A stretch of DNA of 64,000 nt from Desulfatiglandales bacterium (GCA_963667015.2 CAXXJJ010000001.1:2048001-2112000); one strand, 5' to 3'; positions 38,941 through 51,114 are shown, numbered from the stretch's first letter. The notes: generated by a model not told the origin, from the sequence alone. Numbers and translations are program-made.

Positions 38941-40224
38941 ATGACACAATTATCGGATGCAAGGGCAGGAAACATTACGCCCGAAATGAAAATAGTTGCA
39001 GAAAAAGAAAATATAGATGTTCTTCTTTTAAGAGACAGGATTGCACAGGGACGTATTGTTATACCCGCAAATATAAATCATAAAAATCTAAGCCCGTGCG
39101 GGATTGGAGAAGGGCTGTCAATTAAGGTAAATGCCAATATCGGAACGTCATCCGATCATGCTGTAATTGAGGAAGAACTCGAAAAGATGAGGGTTGCCAT
39201 TGATGCAGGTGCAGATGCGGTTATGGACCTGTCTACCGGCGGGGATATCAATGACTGCAGAAAAAAGATAATTGATGCTTCTACTGTTCCTATTGGTACC
39301 GTCCCGATATATCAGGCCGTTGTAGAGGCCATTAACAACCAGGGTGGGGTAATACACCTAACCGTTGACAAGATATTTGAGGTAATTGAAAGCCAGGTTG
39401 CCGAGGGTGTGGATTTTATCACTGTGCACTGCGGTTTAACCAGGGCAGCGCTTGAAATGCTGAAAAAGCAGGGAAGGATCACTGATATCGTAAGCAGAGG
39501 AGGAGCACTGCTTACAACATGGATGCTTCATCATGACAGGGAAAATCCCCTCTATGAAAACTATGACAGGCTTTTAGAGATAGCAAAAAAATATGATGTT
39601 ACACTGAGTCTCGGTGACGGATTACGACCCGGATGCCTTGCAGATGCAACGGACAGGGCACAGATTCACGAATTAATGACACTCGGTCAGCTTACAGATG
39701 AGGCATGGGCCAGGGATATCCAGGTAATGATTGAAGGTCCCGGGCATGTTCCATTAAATCAGATCAGGGCCAATATACTGCTGGAAAAACAGTTATGCAA
39801 AGGCGCCCCCTTTTATGTATTGGGACCTCTGGTTACCGATATTGCCGCAGGTTATGACCATGTTGCATGCGCCATTGGCGGCGCGGTTGCAGGTGAAGCG
39901 GGTGCGGATTTTCTGTGCTATGTAACACCTTCGGAACATCTATCGTTACCTAATATAAATGATGTGCGTGAGGGTGTAATTGTTACCAAAATTGCAGCCC
40001 ATGCCGCAGATATTGCTCGGGGTAATAAACTGGCCATAGAACGCGACAGGAAGATGGCCGTGGCAAGAAAAGAACTTGACTGGGAAACAATGATGCAGTG
40101 TGCCCTGGATCCTGAAACAGCGAGAAGAAGAAGGGGCGAAAGTCCTCCTGGCGAAAGTGATGTGTGTACAATGTGCGGCAAGTTTTGTGCTATAAAGCAG
40201 GTGAGGGAGTATTTTAACAGCTAA
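38941..40224 (+). CDS. thiC: Phosphomethylpyrimidine synthase ThiC (short form; BzaF-type paralog not excluded)
   Basis: KVNANIGTS, MDLSTGG, IVSRGG, SLGDGLRPG, EGPGHVP, LCYVTPSEHL, CTMCGKFC. Confidence 0.85.
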   Translation: MTQLSDARAGNITPEMKIVAEKENIDVLLLRDRIAQGRIVIPANINHKNLSPCGIGEGLSIKVNANIGTSSDHAVIEEELEKMRVAIDAGADAVMDLSTGGDINDCRKKIIDASTVPIGTVPIYQAVVEAINNQGGVIHLTVDKIFEVIESQVAEGVDFITVHCGLTRAALEMLKKQGRITDIVSRGGALLTTWMLHHDRENPLYENYDRLLEIAKKYDVTLSLGDGLRPGCLADATDRAQIHELMTLGQLTDEAWARDIQVMIEGPGHVPLNQIRANILLEKQLCKGAPFYVLGPLVTDIAAGYDHVACAIGGAVAGEAGADFLCYVTPSEHLSLPNINDVREGVIVTKIAAHAADIARGNKLAIERDRKMAVARKELDWETMMQCALDPETARRRRGESPPGESDVCTMCGKFCAIKQVREYFNS

Positions 40225-41619
40225 TCATTTCCCCAGGCAGAATTGGCTGAATATTTTATCATAAAGATCATCACCTGAACCTTCGCCTGTTATCTCTTCA
40301 AGCCCTTCTATTCCGCCTTTCAGATCAAAGGCGATGATCTCCATAGGAGAACCATCTTTAAGGCTGGAAAAGGCATTCCTGAAATGATTCAGTGCATTCA
40401 TTAATGCCGTTTTCTGTCTGATGTTCGGCACGAGATGGTTTTCAATACCAGTATCTGTGCTGATTATCTTTTCTGCTATTATATCTCTCAGTGTCTCTAT
40501 TCCATCCCCGGTGAGTGCCGATATTTTAACAACCGAAACATTCCCTGCTGCCTTTCTGATGTCCTGTTCATCCATCCTGGAGGTGAGATCATTTTTATTG
40601 AGGATGACTATACTGTTTACCTTATCCATGCTGGTTATAATGTCCCGGTCATCATCATTTAAGGGTCTGCTCTGATCAATCACAATCAGCGCTATATCAG
40701 CCTCTTTGAATTTCTTTCTGCTCAGGTTTATGCCGATCTTTTCTATTTCCCCTTTTCCTTCTCTAAGGCCTGCGGTATCTGTTATTTTAAGGGGAATACC
40801 CTTTATGTATATTGTCGTTTCTATAAGATCTCTGGTTGTACCCGGTACTGAAGACACTATGGCCTTTTCTTCCTTTATAAGTTGATTCAGAAGACTTGAT
40901 TTCCCGGCATTTACACGCCCTACGATAACCGTATCAATGCCCTCAACCCAGATTTTTCTTGAAGAATGAGATGCAACGATTTCTTCTATTGGTTTGATAA
41001 CCTCATTTTCCAGCTGTGATATTGCCCCGTCAATGCTGTCCGCTCCAATATCTTCTTCGGGATAGTCAATTGCCACCTCTGTCATTGCCAAAAGGCCCAT
41101 GGCTATATCTCGAAGATTCTTTATCTGCTCTCCTGGAGCTCCCTGCATTTGACGATTTGAAAGGATTATGCCGCGTTCGGATTTGGCATTAACGATATCC
41201 ATAACAGCTTCCGCCTGGAGGAGATCGATTCTGCCATTGATAAATGCCCTGAAGGTAAACTCTCCCGGGTTAGCAAGCCTTATTCCCTGGCCCAGTATAA
41301 TTTGAAGTATCCTGGAAAGAAGAACAGGGCCGCTGTGAGAGTTTATCTCAACTATATCCTCTCTTGTATATGAGTTAGGTGCCTTCATGTACGACAGAAG
41401 CACTTCATCAAGAACCTCTCCAGAAGTATCCATGAAATGACCATGATACAGTCTGTGGCTTTCTATTTTTTTATTTTTTGAAGATCGGAACAGTCTTTCT
41501 GCGGCTGCCAGTGAAAGGGGACCGCTTATTCTTATTATACCAATCCCTGCCATTCCATATGGTGTTGCTATTGCTGCAATTGTATCATTATCAAAAAAGC
41601 TGTCTGGCATGTTAAGCAT
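40225..41619 (-). CDS. mnmE: tRNA modification GTPase MnmE
   Basis: DTIAAIATP, PGEFTFRAFINGRIDL, GRVNAGKSSLLN, GTTRD, DTAG, IFSQFCLGK. Confidence 0.97.
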   Translation of the reverse strand: MLNMPDSFFDNDTIAAIATPYGMAGIGIIRISGPLSLAAAERLFRSSKNKKIESHRLYHGHFMDTSGEVLDEVLLSYMKAPNSYTREDIVEINSHSGPVLLSRILQIILGQGIRLANPGEFTFRAFINGRIDLLQAEAVMDIVNAKSERGIILSNRQMQGAPGEQIKNLRDIAMGLLAMTEVAIDYPEEDIGADSIDGAISQLENEVIKPIEEIVASHSSRKIWVEGIDTVIVGRVNAGKSSLLNQLIKEEKAIVSSVPGTTRDLIETTIYIKGIPLKITDTAGLREGKGEIEKIGINLSRKKFKEADIALIVIDQSRPLNDDDRDIITSMDKVNSIVILNKNDLTSRMDEQDIRKAAGNVSVVKISALTGDGIETLRDIIAEKIISTDTGIENHLVPNIRQKTALMNALNHFRNAFSSLKDGSPMEIIAFDLKGGIEGLEEITGEGSGDDLYDKIFSQFCLGK

Positions 41620-41689
41620 TGACCGGGATAGAAAAGCATCAATACCGGATACAGGTATTGATGCTTGTTTTCAGGTTGCTGATAACTGT

Positions 41690-42436
41690 TTATCTTTTTG
41701 GTATAACAACGACTCTTTTATGAAGCCCCTCACCCCTGCTTCTTGTTTCAAGTTTTTCCACATTCTTAAGTGCCAGGTGAACAATTCGCCTGTCATGCGG
41801 GTTAAGCGGGCTTGTTGAAAAAGGCTTTTTAAATTTTTTGGCCTTATTACCTATCTTTAATGCCATCTGAGTGAGTGAATCAACCCGTCGCTGCCGATAA
41901 TTTTCAGAATCAATAATAACCTTTATTTTTCTGTCTGCATTCTTGTTGGTTATTTTGTTGACGATGTACTGGAGCGCGTCAAGGGTCTTTCCTTTTCTTC
42001 CGATCAGCAGACCTGATGTGTCTCCTTCAATAACAAGGGATACCTTGCCGTTGGAATAGCTCCCCGAAACGGTTGCTTCAACGGGGATCAGTTTCAGGAT
42101 ATTATCCAGTGCATCTCTTGCTATATTGCAATATTCATTGTCTGCTTCACTGTCTTCCTGGATATCTTCCTGCTCATCCTCCTGAATGCTTTCGATAACG
42201 GTGTCCAGCTGGTCCAGATCATCGTAATTGTTATAGTCATCATCAAAATCATCATCAGCATCTTTTATTATTGTTACCCTGATTTTTGTTTTCCTGGTTC
42301 CCACCAGGCCGAATATACCTGCTGAGCCAGGTTCAATAATATCAAATTCCAGGTTTTCTGCTGGTATATTCAGTTCGCGTGAGGCTTTATTTATTGCTTC
42401 CTCAGCGGTTTTTCCTTCAAATTCATAACTGTCCAT
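41690..42436 (-). CDS. jag: RNA-binding protein Jag/KhpB (Jag_N, KH, R3H)
   Basis: FEGKTAEEAI, LLIGRKGKTLDALQY, DRRIVHLAL. Confidence 0.93.
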   Translation of the reverse strand: MDSYEFEGKTAEEAINKASRELNIPAENLEFDIIEPGSAGIFGLVGTRKTKIRVTIIKDADDDFDDDYNNYDDLDQLDTVIESIQEDEQEDIQEDSEADNEYCNIARDALDNILKLIPVEATVSGSYSNGKVSLVIEGDTSGLLIGRKGKTLDALQYIVNKITNKNADRKIKVIIDSENYRQRRVDSLTQMALKIGNKAKKFKKPFSTSPLNPHDRRIVHLALKNVEKLETRSRGEGLHKRVVVIPKR

Positions 42437-42452
42437 GAATCTCCTCCAATCC

Positions 42453-44132
42453 CTAATCCGACTTTTTGTTGATAAAATACTGCTGACCTATGGTAAGGAA
42501 ATTTTGCGTCAGCCAATAGAGTGTAAGTCCGGACGGAAAGTTAATAAACATTACCGTAAAAATAAGCGGCATAAACATCATTATTTTTGCCTGAGACGGG
42601 TCGCCTATCATAGGCTGCATCTTTTGCTGGAGAAACATTGAGGCGCCCATTAAAAGAGTCAGTACCGGTATCCCGTAGGGCGGGTCCATAAAAGGGATAC
42701 TGAAGGGAAAACTGAAAAGTCTGTCAGGAGCTGACAGGTCATTTATCCAGAATGCGAAGGGTGCATGCCTTAACTCGATAGAGCTTCCTAAAACTCTATA
42801 CAATGCAAAAAACACGGGGATCTGAATCAGCATCGGAAGACACCCACTCATTGGGTTGACCTTATATGTCCTGTATAAACCCATTAATTCTTTGTTCATC
42901 ATCTCCCGGTTGTCTTTATATTTCTCTCTTATCTTAGCCATTAACGGCTGAAGTTTCTGCATCTCCTTCATTGATTTCTGGCTCTTATGGGTCAGTGGCC
43001 AGAATATAATCTTGATAATTATAGTTAATAAAATAATTGAGAATCCGTAATTATGTAAAAACCCGTTAAAAAAATTAAGTACAAAATGCAGAGGCCCGGC
43101 TATGATACTGAAAAATCCATAGTCTATGGCTTTCCCGAGTTTATGTCCGAAGTCGTTAATTATATCGGTGTCTCTTGGTCCAAGGAATAGATAATATTTC
43201 CTTGAAACTTCAGAAGCACCGGGAAGTTCAACAGGTGTTGAAAAGTGTGTCGCCGTTATAACTCCGGAAGGCTGCATTATGGCTGTAAACCTGGCCTCTT
43301 TCACTTCCTCGGGTGCAACCGCAGAAATAAAATATTCATCCTCATAGGCAAACCAGTCTATATTTCCTGATAAATCAGGTGTGTCGTCATCATCAAGGTC
43401 TCCCGGTTTATAATCCTCTAATTCATTATTAAAGAAAGCGGCTGCTCCCGTGAAGGAGTAATACCTGCCTTTCTGATTTGGCGGAAGATTATTTATTACA
43501 GATTTGATATTACCGTTGATCATGGCCCCTGAACTGTTTGTGATTTTTACATCTGCTGTAATATCATATCCTTCAGGAGCGAAATTGAAGACCTGTTCAA
43601 TGATTATACCCTCGGGCGAAACATACCTGAATGACAGTTCCTCAGGTTTCTGGCCGGGATTTAGGACAATCGAATCTTTGTCTGTTGAAAAGATCAGGTT
43701 ATCTCTATTTTTTACAGATAAACTGTTAAAATAAAAAGAAATATGTTTTTTTGTATATTCCTGCGCTATAAAAAGTTCAACAGGCGGTGAATCTTCATCA
43801 ATTGTGGTCCTGTATTTTTTTAACTTAAAGCCTGTAAGCGAAGGCCCGTTATTTGAAAAGGTTGCTATATACAGAGGTGTTTCGACTGTTATTTCCTTTT
43901 CTTCCACATCCGGAGTGCTGCCTGTATTTTCATCCTGATCCGAAACAATATTTTGGTCGGCCTTAGCCCCCGGTTCTGTTACATCTACAGGTTTGACCGC
44001 TTTATCGATTTGCCCTTCTTGTTGAATCATATTGTTGTCGACTGGAGTTGCCGGTTTCCGCGCAGAAAACTGCATCCAGACAAGAAGAACTATGAAGGAT
44101 AAAACAAAAGCCAGAATTGCTCTTTTTTCCAT
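42453..44132 (-). CDS. yidC: Membrane protein insertase YidC
   Basis: NYGFSIILLTIIIK, GCLPMLIQIPVFFALY, WINDLSAPD, FPSGLTLYW. Confidence 0.97.
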   Translation of the reverse strand: MEKRAILAFVLSFIVLLVWMQFSARKPATPVDNNMIQQEGQIDKAVKPVDVTEPGAKADQNIVSDQDENTGSTPDVEEKEITVETPLYIATFSNNGPSLTGFKLKKYRTTIDEDSPPVELFIAQEYTKKHISFYFNSLSVKNRDNLIFSTDKDSIVLNPGQKPEELSFRYVSPEGIIIEQVFNFAPEGYDITADVKITNSSGAMINGNIKSVINNLPPNQKGRYYSFTGAAAFFNNELEDYKPGDLDDDDTPDLSGNIDWFAYEDEYFISAVAPEEVKEARFTAIMQPSGVITATHFSTPVELPGASEVSRKYYLFLGPRDTDIINDFGHKLGKAIDYGFFSIIAGPLHFVLNFFNGFLHNYGFSIILLTIIIKIIFWPLTHKSQKSMKEMQKLQPLMAKIREKYKDNREMMNKELMGLYRTYKVNPMSGCLPMLIQIPVFFALYRVLGSSIELRHAPFAFWINDLSAPDRLFSFPFSIPFMDPPYGIPVLTLLMGASMFLQQKMQPMIGDPSQAKIMMFMPLIFTVMFINFPSGLTLYWLTQNFLTIGQQYFINKKSD

Positions 44133-44208
44133 TAATAAACCATGTTTTCAATTTAAAGCATAATGTGGTTTCATTTAAAGTTTAATAATGAAACTTTATT
44201 ATGTTAAA

Positions 44209-44454
44209 TTAAGGTAAAGGGTTATAGCCTCCAGGATGAAATGGATTGCATTTGATTATCCTGATGAAAGACAATAGTGCACCTTTAAACACCCCGTATT
44301 TTTTAAATGCTAGACAGGCATATACAGAACAAGAAGGATAAAACCGGCAAGATGGTCCTATAAGGGGGGAAATAATTTTCTGGTATAAATATATAATCCC
44401 GATAGGTATATACCTAAGATTATAAATCAGATCCTTTATCAAGGAAAATTTCAC
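44209..44454 (-). CDS. yidD: Membrane protein insertion efficiency factor YidD
   Basis: [35 protein letters not shown]. Confidence 0.93.
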   Translation of the reverse strand: MKFSLIKDLIYNLRYIPIGIIYLYQKIISPLIGPSCRFYPSCSVYACLAFKKYGVFKGALLSFIRIIKCNPFHPGGYNPLP

Positions 44455-44770
44455 CCAGTTCCTCTTTAATATCAGTGTAGTTCAGAAGGAAGGAATTTTT
44501 TTTCCCAATGATTACAATGTCACAGTCCCTGGAAAGATGATGTTTGTTCAACCTGAAGAATTCTCTTGCAAGCCTTTTAATCCTGTTCCGTTTGACTGCG
44601 TTACCAATCTTTTTAGTTACGGTTACTCCCAGTCTGTTTATACCTGTCTCATTTTCCTTAACAATTACTAAAAAGTGTTTTGTGTGATATCTTTTCCCTA
44701 AGCGATTTAGATTGACAAAATCCTTTCTGTTCAATACCCTTTCTCGTTTAGGGAATGAGTGATGTCTCAT
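44420..44770 (-). CDS. rnpA: Ribonuclease P protein component
   Basis: [28 protein letters not shown]. Confidence 0.95.
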   Translation of the reverse strand: MRHHSFPKRERVLNRKDFVNLNRLGKRYHTKHFLVIVKENETGINRLGVTVTKKIGNAVKRNRIKRLAREFFRLNKHHLSRDCDIVIIGKKNSFLLNYTDIKEELGEIFLDKGSDL

Positions 44771-44777
44771 AAAAAAG

Positions 44778-44912
44778 TTAGACAGTCAGGCGTTTTCGAC
44801 CTTTGGCTCTTCTTCTTTTTAATACTTTGATACCACCATTGGTGCTCATTCTTGCTCTGAAGCCATGTGTACGGGCTTTTTTAATATTACTCGGTTGAAA
44901 AGTTCGTTTCAT
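44778..44912 (-). CDS. rpmH: 50S ribosomal protein L34
   Basis: Below ORF-track size; read manually [44 protein letters not shown]. Confidence 0.97.
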   Translation of the reverse strand: MKRTFQPSNIKKARTHGFRARMSTNGGIKVLKRRRAKGRKRLTV

Positions 44913-45057
44913 TTTTTTATGCCTTCTTATATAATTGGTTTTATGTTAAACAATTATTTAACCGTAATACTTTTTTTTTGTCAAGATCATAAAAATATTT
45001 TACTGTAGCTTAATAAAAGTCTATAACTAACATCTTGTATATATTAAATATTTCTGA

Positions 45058-46104
<1,047 letters not shown>

Positions 46105-46154
46105 TTTATTTTTGAAAAAACAAATACCTGGAACCTGGGAGGCTTACCTTATCA

Positions 46155-46997
46155 TTGTTTTCTAGCAGGCGAACAAAACAGATCTTGATATGGGGTTTTT
46201 TACTGATCCTTGCGCTTATATTCCTTTCGTCCAATGTGGAGAGATCTAAATCGTGGAATCCGGTAGCAGGAGTTTTAATCGAAATGCTTGCACCGGTTCA
46301 GAAGGTTGTAAAAGGTACAGTGAATTTTACGACTGGATTGTGGAGTAAATATATCGGTTTGATAAATACCCACGATGAGAATATAAGGCTGAAAAAGGAA
46401 ATCGATCGATTGATGATAGAGAATTCCAGGTCCAGGGAATTGCTTTCAACATACAAACGTCTTCAGGAACTTTTAAATTTCAGGGGTGACTCTGACGAAA
46501 CCGCTCTTGCCGCGCAGGTTATTGGTCGTGATCCGACAGGGTTCAAGTCAATCATTATTGACAAAGGCAGTAATGCCGGGATCAAAGAGAATATGCCTGT
46601 TTTTAATGCAAAGGGTGTTGTCGGTCAGATCGTTTCCGTTTCATATAATTATTCAAAGGTATTGCTTCTAATCGACCAGAACAGCGCTGTAGACTGTATT
46701 ATTGAACGATCCAGGGACAGTGGTATTGTGAAAGGAGTGTCTTCCAAGATATGTACTCTTGATTATGTTCTCAAGACAAGCGATGTTAGCGTTGGAGATC
46801 TGGTTATAACCTCCGGACTCGACAGGATCTTCCCCAAGGGGAATAGTGTGGGTGTAGTTACTAAGGTTGAGGATACCCCAGGGGAGTTATTCAAAAATGT
46901 AACAATAAAACCTTCGGTTGATTTTTCAAAGCTGGAGGAGGTCCTGGTTCTTTTAAGGGAGGATCCGTTATCAAAACCAGTGAAAGAAAAACAATAA
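46155..46997 (+). CDS. mreC: Rod shape-determining protein MreC
   Basis: TM, coiled coil, IIIDKGSNAGI, GDLVITSGLDRIFPKG, VDFSKLEEV. Confidence 0.95.
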   Translation: MFSSRRTKQILIWGFLLILALIFLSSNVERSKSWNPVAGVLIEMLAPVQKVVKGTVNFTTGLWSKYIGLINTHDENIRLKKEIDRLMIENSRSRELLSTYKRLQELLNFRGDSDETALAAQVIGRDPTGFKSIIIDKGSNAGIKENMPVFNAKGVVGQIVSVSYNYSKVLLLIDQNSAVDCIIERSRDSGIVKGVSSKICTLDYVLKTSDVSVGDLVITSGLDRIFPKGNSVGVVTKVEDTPGELFKNVTIKPSVDFSKLEEVLVLLREDPLSKPVKEKQ

Positions 46998-47065
46998 TCT
47001 ATGTTCTGATCGTTTGGTTTGCATCAACTTTTTTTTTATTAATCAAAGGAAGTCTGTTTTATTCG

Positions 47066-47494
47066 TTGATTGTAAAAGGTGTTGATATAGACCTTGTTAT
47101 TGTATTTACGGTTTATTTCCTGGCAACGAATGAATCAAGCCCGGTTATATTTGCATTCTTACAGGGATTTTTACTCGATATCCTTTCAGGAAGCGTCCCG
47201 GGATTTTTTACACTTGTTTATCTGCTTGTTTATTTTTGTATTAGAATCGCCTCTCATCCGATTGATTTACTTTCACCTGTTGGAAGGGCTGCTGTTGTTT
47301 TTATTGCGGTTATTATAAAAGAATTGATTACGTTATTATTTCTGAATCTTTTTTCTTTTCGATACCTGTTTACAGCAGACTCTCTGATATCTCTTTCTCT
47401 TTCCGCAGTGTTAACGAGCATATTATCCATTATTATTTATCATCTTCTCAAAATATCTTCTGCTGTAGTTTCATCTGTGGAGGTAGATGTATAG
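47066..47494 (+). CDS. mreD: Rod shape-determining protein MreD
   Basis: Hydrophobic, GFLLDILSG; position between mreC and mrdA. Frame stays open upstream into mreC end, so the true start may be ~46994. Confidence 0.8.
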   Translation: MIVKGVDIDLVIVFTVYFLATNESSPVIFAFLQGFLLDILSGSVPGFFTLVYLLVYFCIRIASHPIDLLSPVGRAAVVFIAVIIKELITLLFLNLFSFRYLFTADSLISLSLSAVLTSILSIIIYHLLKISSAVVSSVEVDV

Positions 47495-47537
47495 ATGGAG
47501 ATGATGATAATTAGGTATTCACAAAAAGGAGCATCAG

Positions 47538-49373
47538 GTGCGGACCTCAGGATTTGATCCGGTACTAGCGGAAATAATAGGCCGACGCTTAAAGGTAATA
47601 ACAGTTTTTGTTATTGTTATTCTTTCGGTTTTGCTGCTGAGGTTGTGGTTCCTCCAGATAATAAACGGGCCTTCTTACAGGACCCAGTCGGAAAATAACA
47701 GGATACATCTTCAGAGAATTCCTCCGCTCAGGGGAGATATCATGGACAGGAACGGTGAACTGTTAGTTGACAACCGGCCTTCATATGACCTTTATATTAT
47801 CCCTGAAGACATTCAGGATCAGGAGAAGTTAAAGGCAAATCTACAGGGCCTCATATCTCTGGAGCCTGACCAGTTTGATAAAAAACGTAAAAAGGCACAC
47901 TCAAGACAGCCATTTAACCCTGTCCTTATTAAAAAGAATATGACCAGGGAAGAACTGGCTGTGATAGAAGTTAACCTTTTTAACCTGCCGGGCATTCTTG
48001 AACCACAGGTAAGATATCAAAGAAATTATATATACGGGGCATTTGCCCCCCACATAATCGGTTACCTTGGCGAGATAAGCGAAATTCAGCTGAAAAGCGG
48101 AAAATATCCAAATAATACTGCGGGAGATTATATTGGCGCAACCGGTATTGAGCGTAAATGGCAGAATCAGTTAAACGGAATGAGCGGTGGCAGGCAGATC
48201 GAAGTAGATGCCGCTGGCAGAAAATTAGGGTCGCTTGCCCCCCAGAAACCGGCAGTGCCTGGATATAATATTATCCTCACTATTGATAAGGACCTGCAAC
48301 TCCTTGCAGAAAGTCTGTTAAAGGAAAAGACCGGAACGGTTGTAGCACTTGATCCAAATACCGGAGAAGTCCTGGCCATGGCTAACAGCCCTGCTTTTGA
48401 TCCTAATAAATTTATCGGAGGTATCAATCCTGCAGACTGGAATGAAATGCTGAACAACCCGGCGCATCCTTTTCTGAACAGGGCTATAGGAAGTCAGTAT
48501 CCTCCTGGATCAATATTCAAGATTGTGGTAGCCCTTGCCGGACTTGAAGAAGGTGAGATAGATCCTGAAGAGGAAATATTTTGTAACGGAACATATCAAC
48601 TTGGAAATCATACCTTTGACTGCTGGAAAAAAAAATTTGGCGGCCATGGCAATGTTAATCTTCACGATGCAATAATGGGGTCATGTGATGTCTATTTTTA
48701 TAAAATAGGCAAGAGGCTTGGTATCGATGCCATAGCAAAATATGCAAGGATGTTTGGGCTGGACAGAAAAACAAATATTGATCTGAGCGGTGAGGTAGGA
48801 GGTATCATACCTGACACAGAGTGGAAATTAAAAAGAGACGGTATTCCATGGCAACAGGGGGATACAGTACTGGCTGCCATGGGGCAAAGTTATATTACTG
48901 TAACGCCTGTTCAGATGGCAAGCATGATATCTACGGTATTTAACGGGGGAAAGATATATAAGCCAAGTATTGTTAAAAGGGTGGGGAGTGATACTGACAC
49001 CGAATATGAATTTACTCCTACCCTTCAGGGTAAACTGGATGTCAGCGCTGAAAATCTGGAAATAATAAAACAGGCTCTTATAGCTGTTGTTAATGATCCT
49101 AAAGGCACGGGAGATAATGCCAAAATTAAAGGCATAACTGTTGCAGGGAAGACCGGAACAGCAGAAGTCGCTAACAAGGATAAAATAAAAACTCTTTATT
49201 CTGAAAATGAAGTTCCGGATAAACTCCTGCCGCATGGATGGTTTGCTGCAATAGCACCTGCTGAAGACCCTGAAATAGCTATCGCCGTGCTGGTTGAGAA
49301 CGGTGAAGGGGGAAATAAAGCCGCCGCCCCGATTGCCGGTGAGCTGATAAAACAATATCTTCAAAAAAAATAA
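47538..49373 (+). CDS. mrdA: Penicillin-binding protein 2
   Basis: LRLWFLQI...SENNRI, PPGSIFK (SxxK), SCDVYFY, AGKTGTAE. Confidence 0.96.
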   Translation: MRTSGFDPVLAEIIGRRLKVITVFVIVILSVLLLRLWFLQIINGPSYRTQSENNRIHLQRIPPLRGDIMDRNGELLVDNRPSYDLYIIPEDIQDQEKLKANLQGLISLEPDQFDKKRKKAHSRQPFNPVLIKKNMTREELAVIEVNLFNLPGILEPQVRYQRNYIYGAFAPHIIGYLGEISEIQLKSGKYPNNTAGDYIGATGIERKWQNQLNGMSGGRQIEVDAAGRKLGSLAPQKPAVPGYNIILTIDKDLQLLAESLLKEKTGTVVALDPNTGEVLAMANSPAFDPNKFIGGINPADWNEMLNNPAHPFLNRAIGSQYPPGSIFKIVVALAGLEEGEIDPEEEIFCNGTYQLGNHTFDCWKKKFGGHGNVNLHDAIMGSCDVYFYKIGKRLGIDAIAKYARMFGLDRKTNIDLSGEVGGIIPDTEWKLKRDGIPWQQGDTVLAAMGQSYITVTPVQMASMISTVFNGGKIYKPSIVKRVGSDTDTEYEFTPTLQGKLDVSAENLEIIKQALIAVVNDPKGTGDNAKIKGITVAGKTGTAEVANKDKIKTLYSENEVPDKLLPHGWFAAIAPAEDPEIAIAVLVENGEGGNKAAAPIAGELIKQYLQKK

Positions 49374-49398
49374 ACTTGGACAGGTATAATTATTAATT

Positions 49399-50502
49399 AT
49401 GTTTGATAGAAGGCTACTTCAAAATTTTGACTGGGTTTTATTGCTGCTGCTTTTGCTTATCGCCACCGTAAGTCTGATAAATCTATACAGCGCTACATAT
49501 CCTATACGTGATGCAGGAGGATATCAGATATTTATTAAACAGATTTACTGGTTTGTGATCGGTTTTGCTATTTTTTTTATGATGACCATATTCGATTATC
49601 ATATCATTGAAAGAGCGGCATATCCGATTTATTTTTTTTCGATAGGGCTGCTTATTCTTGTGCTTATACTGGGAAAGGTTTTTTCCGGTGGGCAGAGATG
49701 GATAAGTGTAGCCGGAATATCGTTTCAACCATCAGAATTTGCCAAAATAGCCATGGTAGTAATACTGTCAAAATATTTTGCAGGCCAGGGTGAGTATACC
49801 GAATACAGGCTCAGGGATCTCTGGCGGCCTGCTATTTTAATAGCTATACCATTTGCCCTGATTGTAAAGGAGCCAGACCTTGGTACTGCCCTGATGCTTG
49901 TAATTATTTTCGTGTCTATCCTTCTTTTTATGAAGATAAACTGGAAATCGCTTGCTATTGTTCTTGCTGTTTCAATTCCTTCCATACCCCTGTTGTGGTT
50001 TACACTTAAAGAATATCAGCAAAAAAGAATACTTACATTTATTAAACCGGAAAATGATCCTCTTGGGGCAGGTTATCATATTATTCAGTCAAAGATAGCT
50101 GTCGGTTCGGGACTTTTATGGGGAAAGGGATATCTGAAGGGTACACAGACAAGGCTACATTTTCTTCCTGAACAGCATTCAGATTTTGCGTTTTCGGTCC
50201 TTGCTGAAGAGTGGGGCTTTACAGGCTCATTCGTGTTGATCATTCTTTACCTGTTTTTAATTCTCTGGAGTCTTAATATCGCAAAAAGTTCTAAAGATAT
50301 GTTCGGGTCAATAATGACTGTCGGAATTATTTCCATAGTCTTCTGGCAGTTGGTCATAAATATAAGCATGACAATCGGGCTTATGCCGGTGGTGGGCATT
50401 CCACTGGTATTTTTCAGCTCCGGGGGATCCTCGATCATCAGTGCGATGATTGGGATGGGGCTACTTATGAATATCAGTATGAGAAGATTTATGTTTCAGT
50501 AG
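49399..50502 (+). CDS. rodA: Rod shape-determining protein RodA
   Basis: QRWI...FQPSEFAK, EPDLGTA, GYHIIQSKIAVGSG, FLPEQHSDFAF. Confidence 0.96.
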   Translation: MFDRRLLQNFDWVLLLLLLLIATVSLINLYSATYPIRDAGGYQIFIKQIYWFVIGFAIFFMMTIFDYHIIERAAYPIYFFSIGLLILVLILGKVFSGGQRWISVAGISFQPSEFAKIAMVVILSKYFAGQGEYTEYRLRDLWRPAILIAIPFALIVKEPDLGTALMLVIIFVSILLFMKINWKSLAIVLAVSIPSIPLLWFTLKEYQQKRILTFIKPENDPLGAGYHIIQSKIAVGSGLLWGKGYLKGTQTRLHFLPEQHSDFAFSVLAEEWGFTGSFVLIILYLFLILWSLNIAKSSKDMFGSIMTVGIISIVFWQLVINISMTIGLMPVVGIPLVFFSSGGSSIISAMIGMGLLMNISMRRFMFQ

Positions 50503-50655
50503 TAAGAATTAAGCCTGACATGTGTTGGATTATGGTTATGAGCGTTATTTGTCTTTAAATTTATACTAAATGCCTGAACCGTTAATATATTTGTATTTTT
50601 TCTTGCATTCAAAAAACCGATATGATATCTCCCAAAAAAAAAATAGAGGAATAGC

Positions 50656-51024
50656 ATGAAAAATAAAGACCAGATAAATGCATTCCTGGGTAAAGATACG
50701 GAATTTGAAGGAAAATTGTCCTTTAAAGGTTTTGTAAGGATAGACGGTCGATTTACCGGTGAGATATTTTCCGAAGGGATCTTGAGCGTCGGTGAAACTG
50801 CGATAATCCGGTCTGATATCCATGTTTCTCATATAATAATCAGCGGTGAAATCAGAGGCAATATCATAGCTGATAACAGAATCGAAATTCACTCTCCCGG
50901 GAAAGTTTTCGGTAATATTCAGGCCCCTGCTGTTATTATAGAAGAAGGTGTAATTTTTGAAGGTAACTGCAGGATGCAAAAAATTGATAAAGATCAGGAC
51001 AAAAAGCTTGCTGTAATCAGTTAA
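50656..51024 (+). CDS. Bactofilin / polymer-forming cytoskeletal protein
   Basis: AFLGKDTEFEGKL...RIDGRFTGEI...IIEEGVIFEGNCRM. Confidence 0.92.
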   Translation: MKNKDQINAFLGKDTEFEGKLSFKGFVRIDGRFTGEIFSEGILSVGETAIIRSDIHVSHIIISGEIRGNIIADNRIEIHSPGKVFGNIQAPAVIIEEGVIFEGNCRMQKIDKDQDKKLAVIS

Positions 51025-51114
51025 GCGCTGGTTCCCCGAACAGTAAGGGTTTTCTTTCTTCCTGTTTTTTATATTACTTTAACTTATATCATTGTTCAGT
51101 AAATAGAGAGTACT

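Noticed and set aside
42130..42265. Asp/Glu-rich low-complexity stretch in jag
   Set aside because: Variable acidic linker between Jag_N and KH domains is common in this family
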